A DNA stretch of 64,000 nt, taken from positions 34,497,239 through 34,561,238 of the forward strand of contig NC_057718.1 in NCBI RefSeq assembly GCF_004010195.1, in the 5' to 3' direction. This document shows positions 1 through 13,262 of the stretch, piece after piece. This DNA comes from Chiloscyllium plagiosum. Taxonomy: Eukaryota. Each line of letters opens with the position of its first letter. Position 1 is the first letter of the stretch. The notes beneath the pieces were generated by a model. That model ran no database searches. It worked only from the letters and a program-made list of their open reading frames with translations, and had not been told where the DNA came from. The position numbers were made by a program, and so were the translations under genes.

Positions 1-600
1 CGGCTGAGATGCTCAGTGTCTGGTGATCTCGCTGTGGTCTTCTCTACATCGAGGAAACCAAACATAAACTCAGGGCAGGTTTCGCCTAGCATGTCAGTTA
101 GGTCTGCAAGGGCCGACCTGACCTCCCAGTCACCCTCCCACTTCCTTTCCAACATTTTAATTTCCCTTCTCACTCCCTGTCTGACATACCATCCTTGGCC
201 TCATCCACTGCCTCAGCAAATCAGACTGGAAATGGGAGGAATGGCACCTCATCTTCCGCCTGGGCAACCTACAGCCCGGAGGACTCAACATTGCATTCTC
301 CAATTCCAAATAACCGCCCTTCCCATCTCCCGACTCCCTTCCCAGCCTCACCCCCTCCCTTCCATTCCTCTGATTGATCCTTCCTTCCAGATACCAACCC
401 GATTCATTCCTCCCATCGACCAACCAGGTTGTACCCTCTACCCCACCACCCCATTTCCCCCTCCAATCTCTCCAACCATCCTTGATCTGCAGCTTCCCTT
501 ACACCCACACCCCATCCTGAAGGAGGGTTACACTCGAAACGTTGATTTCTCCAGCTCCTGATGCTGCCTGTCTAGTTGTGTTCTTCCAGCCTCCTGCTCG
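1..600 (+). mobile_element. Penelope-like retroelement 3' fragment (GIY-YIG remnant, pyrimidine-rich 3' region, hammerhead-bearing terminus)
   Basis: Translates near 25-95 as *SRCGLLYIEETKHKLRAGFA*H (YIGET-like motif, with stops). Ends ATC-CTGAAGGA-GGGT-TAC-ACTC-GAAACGTT-GAT then gatgctgcctg, as in the other Penelope ends here. Confidence 0.85.
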
Positions 601-619
601 ACTACCTTTTATTGGATGT

Positions 620-1110
620 TTCCATTTATATTGGTACCTTACCTTCTTTTGCTGACTTTGTCAGTAGATGTCTTTACTGGGCCCAGGACCATGGAGAACG
701 TGGCTTCTAATAGCTTGGAATGGCAGTATAGGCCTGATGGAGTGGTCTCCCTCCAAGTGTGGTGGTCTCCTGATGTGGCAGTCTCATCCAGGGGAGGTAG
801 TCTTGGCTTGGAGTAGCATTCTTCTCCCAGCATGGAGGTCGTGTTCTGTTATGGAGGCCTTCTTTGGTGGCCTTTGGGTGTTCCAGCAGCATGGCATGGA
901 GGTCTAATCACAGCGTGGAGGTCTTGTATCAGCCCAGTTTTCCAACCTACTCCAAACCCAGAATCTGTTAATTGAACTGTGATGAACTTTTACTTTATTT
1001 TCTTCTTATTTTTGACTTCCGTCATTAATTTAGATGGTGTGGCAACTTATGAACCTTCTCACTGGTTTTTTTGTAAAAATATACGTGACAATAGATTGCT
1101 TAAAAAAAAA
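620..1110 (+). mobile_element. Probable non-autonomous retroposon with Rex1/Babar-like 3' tail
   Basis: Ends ttctcactgg...atacgtgacaatagatt plus an A-run, resembling the Rex1 3' ends at 13855 and 54193 (tttcactgta...tgacaataaat). No coding capacity. Confidence 0.4.
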
Positions 1111-1149
1111 ATCACGTGTTGATGTTATTTAACATCTGAGTATGTTGTT

Positions 1150-1450
1150 AAGGAGATACATCGATCAAAAATAGGAAAGAACTCAATCTATATCCTTGGG
1201 ATATTCTGGAGATGATGGTGGGGAGTAGAGACTATTGTTGGAGATGCACTCGTTGGATTTTGATAAAGGTAAGGATGGAACCATGCAAGGACATTCCTGC
1301 AGAGTTGGATTACGGAGGAGTTCAAACAGGATGGTGTACTCACTCAAGTGTTGCAGGTAGGTTGAGAAGAACAAAAAGGGATAATGCACAGCAGTCAGAA
1401 AAAGAAAGGACATCATTGATGGGCATTGGCAGGAGTCTTTTAAAAGTAGA
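1150..1450 (-). mobile_element. Degenerate L2-clade LINE RT fragment
   Basis: Minus strand gives INDVLSFSDCCALSLFVLLNLPA..TILFELL, resembling the L2 RT motif TNDIL..D....LILLDLSAAFDTVDH.ILL. Confidence 0.55.
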
Positions 1451-3034
1451 GAAATGATACTTTCTGACTCTCTGGTCAGATCTCCTTATCATTTACTATC
1501 GTAAGATTTTCCTGCTCTTGTGCTCTGTACATCACCCATTTGTTGTTCACTCTAATAGCCGTTACAATATCTTCAGGTTGGCATACACAGTTTGTTTCTA
1601 TGGAATTGTTGGCATTCATGAAAGAATGAGAAGATATTTGGTGAAAAAATAAAGAAAAAAGATGACATTTACATTTGCGAGTTATTTTTCCAAATATGGA
1701 AGGGCTTCCAATTCTCACATGACAAAGGGATACACATGAAGCTTAAACACAGATTGCTGGAGAAACTCCACAGGTCTGATAGCATTTCTGGAGAGAAGAA
1801 CAGGGTTAACATTTCAAGTCTACTGATGCTTCATCATCAAGCTTATTGGACATATTTAAGACTGAAAGATGTTTAAACACTCATTTTTGCTGGCAGTGCA
1901 TCAGAGCAGTTTATGAATTGTTGAAGGGTGCATTAGTGTCCGAGAGCAGCAAGGGAATAATTGAAGTTAATCAATCATAAGTCAATTACTTCATATTTTC
2001 TTAAGCTGATAATCTGACAGCATTTCATGCATTTTCCATGATTTTTTCCTTAATATCAAACATTTAACTGCGCCACATTGCAACAGTTTGTTTTGCGGGT
2101 TTGCAACTTTTTATAGATAAAAGAATTAGAGAGATGGTTGTGCAGAGAGATAGAGAGGAAGTGAAAAGGGGATAAAGGCGTGAGTGGGGTGTTATTTGTA
2201 TTGGAAGAGTTATTTTAAAACATGATATAGTCATCCACAGCTGTTACAGGCTGAGTAATCCCCCTACTGGTTTAACTTAATGATCAAAAGCCTAACACAC
2301 ATTGACTGCGCCCAGAACTGAATTGCTCATGTCTGAAACTGGAGTGTACAAAAAATGGGAAAGAGAATTTCAATAAGTGAAATCCATTGGTGTTTATTTT
2401 TTGCTGTTTTTATTGAACTAATTACTTTTCTCACCTTCTACTCAGTCAGAGTGTGGTGTACTGTATAGAATGAAATAAATGTTAACGCAACTGAATACAT
2501 CAAGTGTTGCTTCAAAATTATTCCTGGAGCTTTGAATACATAACGCAAACATTGTGAATTTAGAGTGTTGTTAGATTTTTACACCTCCACAATACAAATG
2601 GAACCTTAGTCAGTATTTCTGATCAAATCCAAATCTCTTCTCAGTTCAGTGTGATGTTTAGAATGGATTTTCAATCAACCATTTGTTGCAAAACATATGT
2701 GACTGATTAACTGTCTATTTTAGAGAAAAAAATAAGAATTAGAAAAGGTTGGAATATTTTTTCAAGTGACTCAATGGAAATAAAAATCAGATGGTTTCTG
2801 CAATGGGCAGTCAGGCTGCAGGACCAGAATTCCTCTCAGCAGCAAGTTGAAGATTTGTCCAAGTGTATCATTGTGAGTCTCAGCCTCAACCAATACTCAA
2901 TCTCAAATCCTCCCAACTGAGTGATTTGTAGATTTTTCAGTTCCAGTGTGGCCAGGAAAGCAAATATTCTATAAATGGTTAGGTTCACAATCTCCAACTT
3001 CAAATTTTACTTGAGTTGCTATTAAATTTGTTAC

Positions 3035-3390
3035 ACTTTTTATTCATTCACAGCATGTGTGCATCACTGGCCAGGTCAGCAGTTATTGCCCACTTCTAAT
3101 TGCCCAGAGGGCAGTTCGGAGTCAATCACATTGCCGAGGATCTGGAGTCACATGAAGGCCAGACCAGGTAAGGATGGTCTTTCCCTTCCCTAAAGGACAT
3201 CAGTGAACTAGATGTGATTTTCCCAACAATCGGCAGTAGTGTCACAGTTATCATTAGACTTTATTCCAGATTTTTATAGATTTCAAATTCTATCGAGGAC
3301 CATAGTGGGATTCAAATCCGGGTCCCCAGACATCACCTGGGTTGCTGGATTAATAGTTTAGCTAAATTACATCAGGCAATTGCCTCCCTA
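3035..3390 (-). mobile_element. tRNA-derived SINE (family A in this window)
   Basis: Minus strand has a B-box-like GGATTTGAATCCC, a core ccttacctggtctggcct..atgtgactccaga, and a gaatgaataaaaa 3' end. Same core at ~4730-4880, 8190-8520, 10815-10955, 11325-11700, 16325-16398, 35385-35820. Confidence 0.75.
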
Positions 3391-3419
3391 ATCACCCTGC
3401 TAGTAGAAAATAAACAAAA

Positions 3420-4060
3420 TTTATTATTGTTCGGCCAATTAACATGTAGGATAGATAAGGCAGAAGCAGCAGATGTAATATATCTGGATCCCCAAAAGGC
3501 ATTTAATAAAGTACTACATATAACGCTACTTAATAAGATAGGCACTCATGATGTTACAGGAAGTATATTAGCAGAGATAGAGAATTGCCTAACTAATAGA
3601 AGACAGAGAGCTGGGATAAGGGACATTTTCAGGAAGACAACCTGTAACCAGTTAAGTGCTACTTGGATCAGTGAAGGGCCACAAGTATTGACAATATTAA
3701 TTACATGGATGAGGAAAGTGAACATACTATTGACAAGTTTATAGACAGCACCAAAATAAATGGGAAGGCAAGTAGTGAAAATGACACAGAGTCCAAAAAG
3801 GAACGTAGACAGAATAAATGAATCAACAAAAACTTGACAGATGGATTACAATCTGGGGAAAAAAAAGATTATAAACATTGACAGGACAAATTGAGGAATT
3901 GAATAATATTTAAATGAAGAAAGACTGCAGAAATCTATAGCACAAAAGGATTTAAGGTCCTTATGCTTAAATCACAAAAAGCCAGCATACAAGTTCAGTG
4001 GATAACAAGGAAGATAAATAAGTAGAATGTTGTTCTTTATTTCAAAGAGATAAGAGTATT
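3420..4060 (+). mobile_element. CR1 LINE ORF2 RT fragment, decayed
   Basis: ORF 3427-3744 DKAEAADVIYLDPQKAFNKVLH...IENCLTNRRQR matches the CR1 RT motif DVIYLDFxKAFDKVPH. Frameshifted downstream. Confidence 0.85.
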
Positions 4061-4640
4061 CAGTCAGTAGGGGTACTGCCAAGCCATTCTTGGTGATAAG
4101 CATTGAAGTCTCCTACCCAGACAATCCTCCAAGTATGATGATGACAGATCAGAACCCCAAAGTATTTATGGACTTATTGAACTTTTATTTTGAACATATG
4201 TTTAATAAAAAGGAAGTGTTACAGCTGAAATTTGGCAATCTGTGCTCTCCCATTTGGAAAGTAACCAAGTAGGGAATATCATCCAGGAGTTGTTGTAATG
4301 TAAGTGGTATTTAACTTGGAGTGTTTATAGATTCACGAGCTGAGGGGTTGCAGAATATTGTAATCAGAAGGAGACTTCCTTGCCACAGTTTGACCAGATG
4401 CCATGAGACTTCATGAGATCCAGGGTCAAGTTTGAATACTTGCAGGCCAACTCTCTCCTGATGATGTAACACTGTGTCAACCCTACTATTGTGTCTGACT
4501 TGTTGGAGAGACAGGAATGGTGATAGTGTCTGAGACATTATCTGTAAGATATGATTCCATGAGTATGACCATGTCAGATGCTTGTCTAATTTTTTTGGAC
4601 AGCTCTTCCTATTTTAGCATAAGCACCACCACCTCCACCA
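4060..4640 (-). mobile_element. Non-LTR retrotransposon AP-endonuclease fragment
   Basis: Minus strand encodes DMVILMESYLTDNV, PGSHEVSWHLVK..QGSLLLIT and WVGDFNA.HQEWLGS (APE GDFN motif). Confidence 0.75.
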
Positions 4641-4869
4641 GAGCCTGTGTGCTACCGTCCTGTGCCTTCATCGATGCTGGGAGATCCATCTGGATTCATT
4701 TCTTTTTCCAATTTTAGTAGTTGCTAGATATAACTGAGTGGCTTTCACAGCCATTTCAGTGGATCTGGAGTCATATTTAGGTTGCACTAGGTGAGGGCAT
4801 TTCCTCCTCTAAAGGATGTCAGTGAATCAAATGGGTTTTTACAACAATTGACCACAATTTCATGACTAT

Positions 4870-6185
4870 GATTTGAAAATTTCAAAGCCCTTCATGGCCT
4901 TGCCCCTCCATATTGTTATAATATCCTCCAGCCTGCAACTCTGCAGAATAATTGCAAATCTCTAATTTGTATAGATAGTACAGTCTTAGTTTTAATTACT
5001 CCACTGTCAGTGGCCTTCCCTTTGGGTCCCAAGCTCTGTAGTCCCCTCCCGATGCCTCTATACTTCTCCACCTTGCTTTCCTCCATTAATATACTCCTTA
5101 TACTTACTTCTTTAACTAAGCTTTAGGTCATCTGACCTAATAGTTCCATAAGCTTGTCACTTATAATTGCAGCATGTATTATTAGAAAGAGGATATACAG
5201 ACAAAAGGTGACTATGGATGTCTGTGCAGCTACTCTGGAATGTACATCTGAATGTACCAAGAGATATTTGGATAGCAATCCTTCAAACAAAAAGGGTAAG
5301 TCAAAATAAACTGACCTATGATCTCCTGTGGCCATCAAGATAAAGACAGGGCCAGCTAACCCCCTCAGCTTCTCAATGACAAACCAATTCTGCAGGCATG
5401 TTCATGGTCTCTGCTTTCAAGAAACCAGAAGAAAAGAGCTTAAAAGGCAATGACAACCCTCCTCTGTGCATACTGTCAGGTGAAGGTCTGTGCTGTGAGT
5501 GTCATCACTGAGAATCTTTGGTTATCCCAGCGTTGCAGGTAAAAAGGAATGAAGGTCCCCTCTTTCTCTTTGCTGAAAGCTAGAAAGCAAATAAAACTGC
5601 TCTCAGAAGCAAACAAGACAAAAGCCTTTCAACTGAGCTGCAAAGCCATGTATCTCAGAATAAGCCACTTGCCTACCAATATCAGTGCGACAGTTATTAC
5701 CTAACACAACATTGCCTGTTCTTCATGGAACTCAGAGACGTAATATCTTTTCAAATTTTTATCTGTTTTTATACTCATTTCTAATCTGTGTTCATGTATG
5801 TGGTGTTGTTACTTCTCCTTGTGTTCAGTAACGAATGAACTCACTTCTTGTTAACTCGAAACCTGGTTAAATTAGCTTCTTTAAAACATAAATTCATTTG
5901 GTTATGGAGAAAGACATCCACTAGGGAAGGGAACCTTTTTTTAAACTAACCATGTTGTGATCATCCAAGGGGTTGGATGAAGGAAGAGCAAATTCATCCT
6001 TCGTCACCTGAGAATTAACAACTAGGGGCTATCCTATCTGGCACTGTAATAACTTGGAGAAGCTCACCCACAGACTGAATGTAATAAGTGGTTTGATGGA
6101 TTACTTTTCTTTATAATGCTGCTGTGAAACTCGAAGGGTGTCTCATTTCATTAAAGGCTCTATATAAATATAAGTTGTTGTTGTT
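4870..6185 (+). mobile_element. L2-like 3' end interrupted by a putative solo LTR-like insert (~5190-6060)
   Basis: L2-type 3' region at 4870-5150 resumes at ~6090 with ttaaaggctctatataaatataagttgttgttgttg. The intervening segment is unrelated and LTR-like, but its termini are not verified. Confidence 0.4.
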
Positions 6186-6821
6186 GAAGTGGTTGTTTGT
6201 GTAGACTTCTATTCTAATCCATCCCCCCACCCACCGAAGGTCTCTGATATCACAGATACAGGGAAACTAGCCTCCTCCAGGCTGTGATTAGTTTAGTCTA
6301 ATTGGATGCTTTTACTCTTCCTGTGATTAGTTCTTTGCCACAGTTCAGGGACGTTTCTAACCATTATGCCTGAAGTATTGCTTAAACCTGATATGATGCG
6401 GCTGACAACCGATCAACGGATGTTGCATAGTCACAGAAGACAAAGCGCAGTCTGGTGCTAAATTACAGTGAGCATTGAGCTGCTAACTCAATGGAGTCAT
6501 GTCATTCATTCCTGCTGTTTGGTCCTTGATTCCATGATGGGTCACCCAGTGTTGCGAAACAAACATATAATATGTTTCATGGCCAGCAATCTGACAAAAC
6601 TATCTGTTCAAATGAGACTGTGGTGATACTTATCATGTTTTGCTGCTGAATTCTACACAGTGTTGTGAATTTCTCACCCGCCTCGAGACTCAATTTTATT
6701 CCCATCCACATTGATTAACATACACCAGGTTTCAACTTAAAGCATGCTCCTGATCATCTCACCTTCTTCTTGTGGTTACCCACACAGTGACTGTAGGTGG
6801 AAGATTTGACCATATTTCACA

Positions 6822-7095
6822 GAACTACAGAATCACAGAAGTATTACTGCATGGAAGGAGGCCATTTGACCCATCATGCCTACACTGGCTCATTAAATGA
6901 GCATCATTACTTATGGCCAATGTGCAATTTCTTTTCTTCTCGATACCCTCGCACATTATTTTTATGCAAATAATCCTCCAATGTCTTCTTGGAAGACTTG
7001 AACCAGCCTCAACCAGCACATGTCCAGCCGGTGCATTCCATACCCTAACTATTTGCTGTTTGAAAGGTTCCCCTCACTTCACCCTGGTTTCTTTT
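6822..7095 (-). mobile_element. CR1 LINE 3' end fragment
   Basis: (acagaatc)-type tail repeats followed by ggaggccatttgacccatc; LVEAGS remnant of the ORF2 C-terminus. Confidence 0.65.
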
Positions 7096-8579
7096 ATGAA
7101 TGTTTGTTCTTGTTCCTTTTACAAGCCAGCATGGTAAAGCATGGTGCCAGAGGCTTTCGAAACAAACTGCATCCTGCATTTACCCTATCCATGTGTGCAC
7201 TATTTTAATAAGTTCTAGCACAATTAACTACATTGTAAATAGACGTAAGCACTTGATTGGACTATTAATGAGATTGGTTGCCTCGGAACAGACCTGCAAT
7301 TGGATTCTGCCCTGTATGACTTAAAGCACATCACACTTAATCTGTAGTGGGAACTCAGCACTTACCACTTTTATTTCTTGCCATGTGTTTCAAGCTCAGT
7401 AAATAACATTTAATGATTCTGAAGTTTTCTAGAAAACCAGTTACGTGGCATTTTTATTTGACATCAAACTTTGGGGGAGTTACGATTGTAAAATGTACTT
7501 GGATATCGTTCCAGACAAGAGCATTCATATTGAGCAGCAGGATATGGTAAACACCTCCACATGAGAAGCTGATAGGAACCAAGTGATTTTTTTGGTAAGT
7601 TTGACTGATATCCAATCAGCATTGGCCATAAAGCATTATTTATTTCTCACATATCAACATGGTTTCAAGTTGTGAAGAAAATAAGCACAGAGTATTTTTG
7701 TAGACTGTGTCCACAGAATCACATTATTTTCCCTCTTGTTTTCAACATGCAGGGTTTAAACCAAAATGATACTAGATCACTTTCTCATCCATAATCAAAT
7801 CAAGGATTTAGATGATGTTACATGCTGCCAGAAAAAGCCAGCATCCTTTACGTTCCTTGTCTGAATGCTAACATTTAAAAGGACTCTATCTTCATGATAA
7901 CATATTTGTCAGCTGTCTATTTGTTTTTGAATATATGGTAGTCCATGACAAGTTAATCTGTATGAATATTGGACTTGAAGCATTAACTCTGTTTCTCTGT
8001 TGATGGATGCTGCCAACACTATTGAGCTTCTCCAGCACTTTGGATAATATGCTATCTGACAGCCTGCCTGGTTAAGGTGTCTGGGTTGCATCTTCCCTGT
8101 CTTCTTCAGTTCCTCTTTCTTCTCACCTTTCTCCACATCCTCCTTGATGATGTTGGGCCTCACTAACAGCTGAACACATGTTTTGTTTTTATTCATTCAA
8201 GAGATGTGGCAATTGCTATTTACAACAGCCTTAGTCTTCCATCCCTAATGGCCCTTGATTAGCTTGATAGACCATTTCTGAAAGACATTATGTTTCTTTG
8301 GATCTGGGCCAAATAAGGATGGCAGTTTTAGTTCCCTGAAGGACATTAGTGCTTCAGATGGGCTTTTATGCAAATTGATTATATATTTATGGACATTATT
8401 ACTGAGATTAACTTTCAATTTCCGATTTTATAATTGAATTTTAATCCCATCACCCATAGCCTGAGACCATTAGCTCATTAATACTTCAGTGACATTACTA
8501 CTAATGCCAACATCTCCCTGTGTTCTTTAGTGAAGTGACCAGCCAGATAGGTTGAATGAAGCTGCGTGGTCAACATGCC

Positions 8580-8960
8580 TTTTTTTTCAAAAATATATTT
8601 TATTCATAAAATGTCTTTAAATACATACATAGCCCCTAAAGTTCTGTACAGTAGCATATGAAGAAACACAAATATTGGAGTTGACTCTATCCAGCAAACA
8701 CACCAAGGCATTTCTTACTTGTATAAGGTTATAGTTCCATACATTCGAGGTATCGGGCAGGTCTGATAACTGAACGGATCCCCATTTAACTTCCCACATG
8801 CACAACAAAAGCATGCCTTTGTGGTGCTGACAAACATGGTGAAACCACGAGCTCAAAAGCTTCCAGTGCATGCAAGGAACATCCTTCTCGGTGTGAGCCA
8901 ACTCGTGACCCACAGAGGAAGCAGCTACAGACACAGTGTGCCCCCATCACAGAGCTTCTG
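8580..8960 (-). mobile_element. Probable L1/Tx1-like LINE 3' end
   Basis: Minus strand ends tttatgaataaaatatatttttgaaaaaaaa (AATAAA plus A tail). Clade assignment is from recalled pattern only. Confidence 0.4.
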
Positions 8961-9669
8961 AGATTCTAAAGCATTATATCCAGTAGCTTGACACATCTGA
9001 GTACTGTGTCCTAAGTGCCTGTGCATACTTCCTCATCATAGAAACTTCCTTATGATTTTACCAACAGTACTGTCCGAAAACCTGGTAGCATTGAGAAACT
9101 CCTCACAGCAAATCGAAGTGCTCTTTAAAAAGTAAGGACAGAGTATATGGCTTTGAAATTGGGATGGTGATATGTCTGTGTGTCTTGGTCCAGTTAAAGC
9201 TGCCCTCAAACCTTTTCTTACGTCTTTGTTATACTTGGTTTTGCCTCTCCTTGTGCAATGTTATCATGCGATTGTGTGTATATTTCAATGAAGTACTTTT
9301 CAATCTGCAAACTTCCCAGACTAAACCACACCTGAAACTCTGATTTGCATGTGCATACAACATTTGCTGTTTATTTAATACCAAATAGATCTTGTGAGAT
9401 TAAAAGGTCATTAATCCAATTTTACACCATAAGCCTACACGTTGCATAGCATCTGCCAGTTATTATGTGAAGATATGGGTCAGCTGTCAAAACATTGGCA
9501 CCAACACTCAGATATTAGTGTGAAACTTGGATAATCTATCGCCAAAATATCGTGCCCCCAGTGCAACATCAACATTGCTGCCATAGAAGGAAGTTGTGAT
9601 CAAGTGGGAGTACAAAAGAATGAAAATAAGTGTCCTATGAAATATAGACCTGCCCAAGTTTCAAGGCCA

Positions 9670-10090
9670 TATCATTTCACATCAGCTCAGATGGCCAAGA
9701 CATGACATCAGATTGTCCCGACAGGTGCTGTACTCAGAGCTAAGTTTGGGAGTTGTTTGACGTGGAAGTTGAAGGAAATGTTTCAAACATAATTTCAAAA
9801 CTTCCATGAAACATGTACTACACACACCAACTGCAATCAAAATGGTGATTCATCATCAAAGATGGTGTCAAGCTTTCTTTATCAAAAACAGCAGCCAGTA
9901 ACAGAATGGAAAGAGAGATGGTAGATACTTGAACCAACAATCTACCACCACTCTACCTGTTGGCAACCGATATCCTCCCTGTGGGAAAGACTGTAAAGTT
10001 AAGATAGGGCTCATAAATCAGTTTCAAACCCACAGGCAACACTGACATATCACTTCCACTCAGTCATCTGGAAGAATGAATCATCGCTGA
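9670..10090 (+). mobile_element. RTE-clade LINE 3' fragment
   Basis: QLRW..H, QVLYSEL, RKCFK...KTSMK and a terminal CGKDCKVKIGLINQFQTH zinc-finger-like remnant, the typical RTE C-terminus. Confidence 0.65.
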
Positions 10091-12159
10091 TATAAGGAAT
10101 TGTCAACAGGGTGAGCAGAGCTTTGCAGGGGCATTTGGACTGGATGTACTTTTTTCAATATTTGACTATTTTCGTTAATGCTTTGGTTGTAGCTGAATGT
10201 CTATCCAGTTTAATTCTTTCTGGACCACTTCAGTGGCTTTAGTCATCCATTGCCAATGTGAGATTGAAATCACATACAGGCCATAATAATGATGGGAGAT
10301 AGCCCATCAGTGAAGCTTTTGCTGAAAATAATTTTAACCTGTGAAATACAACAATTGTGGAAACAATGTCCCATTAAACATTTAATAATCATTGACATTG
10401 ATTATTAAATTTAGGAACTATATGAACGCATTCTACCTCCCTACAACAAGTTTGTTAGAAGTGTAAGTAAATAAAATAAAGTTAACTCGGTCTGGTAGGA
10501 AATTCAGTCAGAATGCATAAGTAGATGCAGATAAAATTTTGAATGTGGTACTATTAGCTGCATTTATGTACGTTTGAGCCACTGGCTACATTTGTGAAAT
10601 AAAGTATCAAGTGATGCTAAGTGCATCTCACACAAGCGAAAAGTGAATAAGCATGAGGAAAAAGACCTAAATATTATTTGATCTGTCTTAAAATGCTTTC
10701 CTTATTTCCTGGATGTTAAGAGGTACAAGATATACTGCACTGAACAAAATGAATAGAAATTGTAATGCAATATTAATGGACTGAATTCCATTTCCCTTTT
10801 AGAGAAAGTCGAATGATTCCTTACCTGGTCTGGCTTATGTGTGACTCCAGAAAAATAGCAAAGTGATTGACTTATCACTGTTCTCTAGATGATTAAAGAT
10901 GGGCAATAAATACTCGCCTGCCCAGTGATGTCCATGTCACAGGAATGAATAAAAAATAGGTCTTCTGTTCAGAAACCAGTTGAGACTATTAAGTGGACAA
11001 TTAAGAGGATGCCACCACATGGGAAGGCTACTCAGTAAAGGCAGGCCCTCTCTCTGTAGGGTCAGGAGCAGACCCTCATGCTTGTACAACTTGTGGCCTA
11101 CAGAGGTCACTGCAAGGGCCAATCCTCCATACCCTCAACAATGGTACCTTCCCCATTACCAGGGCCCAATCACTGCCCTGCTTTCCACAGCTTTGTCCAT
11201 GGACCTTGCTCTGAGTCAGCTGCAAGATCTGCAGGAGCACAGTGTTAACTCTGAGAACCAATACATGTCAGTGAGGAAATGAATAATAGTTGAGGGGGTG
11301 ATACTTTATGAGATGACGGCAGCAGAGGTAGTGATGAGCTGATGCTAAGATATCCAACAAATAGTGGTAATGTCACTGGAGTAATAATCCAGAAAGCCTC
11401 AACTCGAAATCATCCTTTGGCAGTTTGCAATTTTGAATTGAGTTTTTTTAAAAAATGTGGAAACACAAAGCAGATGTTAGGAAAAGTGAACACATTGCTG
11501 TCAAGTTCTTGTGAAAATATATAACAGGCTCCTTGAAGTCCAATATAACAGATTGATTTTACCTGGTCTGATCTACATGTGAATCCTCACCACACCAAAG
11601 TGATTGATTCTTAGTTGCCCCTCTAATATAGTCTCACAAACCACTCAATCACATCACAGAATGAGCAAGAATCATTGGTCTTGCCAGAAATAAGGATGAA
11701 TAAGGATAAATCTTTTTAAATGGACATTCAAATGTTTCCAAGGAGAAAGGAAACTGAGAATATAGGGGGGCATGGAAGTATTAGGGGGACTCTGAAGAGG
11801 CCTGAGCTGGATAAGAGGGTGAGGAGCATAGTGTGGGTGAGGGGGCTCAGGGTACTAGGTTGAGAGGCATCTGGTGGGTGACGGTCATGTAGGTGGCACA
11901 GTGATCTAGGTGGCCAGAGAGAGTAAGGGTGTGAATCCTGGTGAGGGACAGATGGAAGAGATTTATAGGCTTTTAAATGATGCTGTGAGCTGAGCTGCTA
12001 TGTTGGGTCCTCTAACCTGCCTGACTCCGTGTCTATAACCCTCTTCATTGAATGGAACGAGTAAGAGAATTCAAATGGCAAGTGACAAGAAGGCAGGAGT
12101 CAATAGGTTCACTCGTATCATTCCCCTGCCTTCTCCCTGTGGCTCTACACATTGTTCCC

Positions 12160-12277
12160 TGTCTCCCAGGGTAGGGGAGTCCAAACTGGAGAGTATAGTT
12201 TTAAGGTAAGAGGGGAAAGATTTAAAAGGGACCTGAGGGGCAACTTTTTCACTCAGAGAGTGGTGCGCATACGGAAC
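12160..12277 (+). mobile_element. CR1 ORF2 C-terminal fragment
   Basis: KVRGERFKRDLRGNFFTQRVVR.RN motif. Confidence 0.8.
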
Positions 12278-12831
12278 CACTTTTTAATGTAAAAAGCTTG
12301 CAGAAGCAACCATGATAAAATGGGCTTAGCTGGCCTGAATGGGTGGGTTTCGGCACATTGCTGAAAACTAACCTAAGCAAGCAGTTTGGCTCAGTGAATC
12401 TCTGAAGGTAGGTAGTACTGAATGAGAGAGTGTTGCAAAGAAGAATCGATCAGACTTTGAGGATGGAATAAAGAAGGATTGTTCAGTCACAGCTCAGATC
12501 ACTTCACTCTGCAGGTAACACATTATCCGCAGGTACAATTTTTCATAAAGTTGGATAGGGTGATTACACAGCACACAAAGAATTCAGTCTGAGATCCTGG
12601 GCCCCATGGATACTGAAGCAAAGCTCCAATTAGACAAATAAGGCAGGTAATGCATTAAATACTCAGAACTTGGGTTTGATTTTGAAATAAATGTTGAAAC
12701 ACATAGCACAATGTTTTCCAGTTCTGGTATCAGTCACCGCAAATAATACTAAAGTATAATTTGTTTTATATATTATTAAATCTGATTATAGTTGAGAATC
12801 TAGATAGCCTAGGTTGTCACAAAACCTACTG

Positions 12832-13262
12832 CATTCTGGATTAGTGGTGCTGGAAGAGCACAGCAGTTCAGGCAGCATCCGAGGAGCAATAAAATTGATG
12901 TTTCAGGCAAAAGGCCTTCATCAGGAATAAAGACAGTTCCAAACTTCCAGCTCAACACTGTCCCCAGACTTGTCCTACTTGCCTATCTTCTTTTCCACCT
13001 ATCCACTCCACCCTCCTCCCTGACCTATCACCTTCATCCCCTCCCCCACTCACCTATTGTACTCTATGCTACTTTCTCCCCACCCCCACCCTCCTCTAGC
13101 TTATCTCTCACCCTTCAGGTTCTCTGCCTTTATTCCTGATGAAGGCCTTTTGCCCGAAACGTCGATTTTACTGTTCCTCGGATGCTGCCTGAACTGCTGT
13201 GCTCTTCCAGCACCACTAATCCAGAATCTGGTTTCCAGCATCTGCAGTCATTGTTTTTACCT
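12832..13262 (+). mobile_element. Penelope-derived fold-back insertion with TSD
   Basis: ~100 bp inverted arms (~12833-12935 and ~13124-13227). Flanked by identical ACAAAACCTACTG at 12819-12831 and 13263-13275. Confidence 0.9.
13133..13166 (+). ncRNA. Minimal type I hammerhead ribozyme motif
   Basis: TTC-CTGATGA-A-GGCC-TTTT-GCCC-GAAA-CGTC-GAT: CUGANGA and GAAA cores, stem II with one mismatch, GUC cleavage triplet, loopless ACGT helix III. Confidence 0.7.

Noticed and set aside
16..561. 181-aa Pro-rich ORF
   Set aside because: Off-frame reading of a Penelope 3' region.
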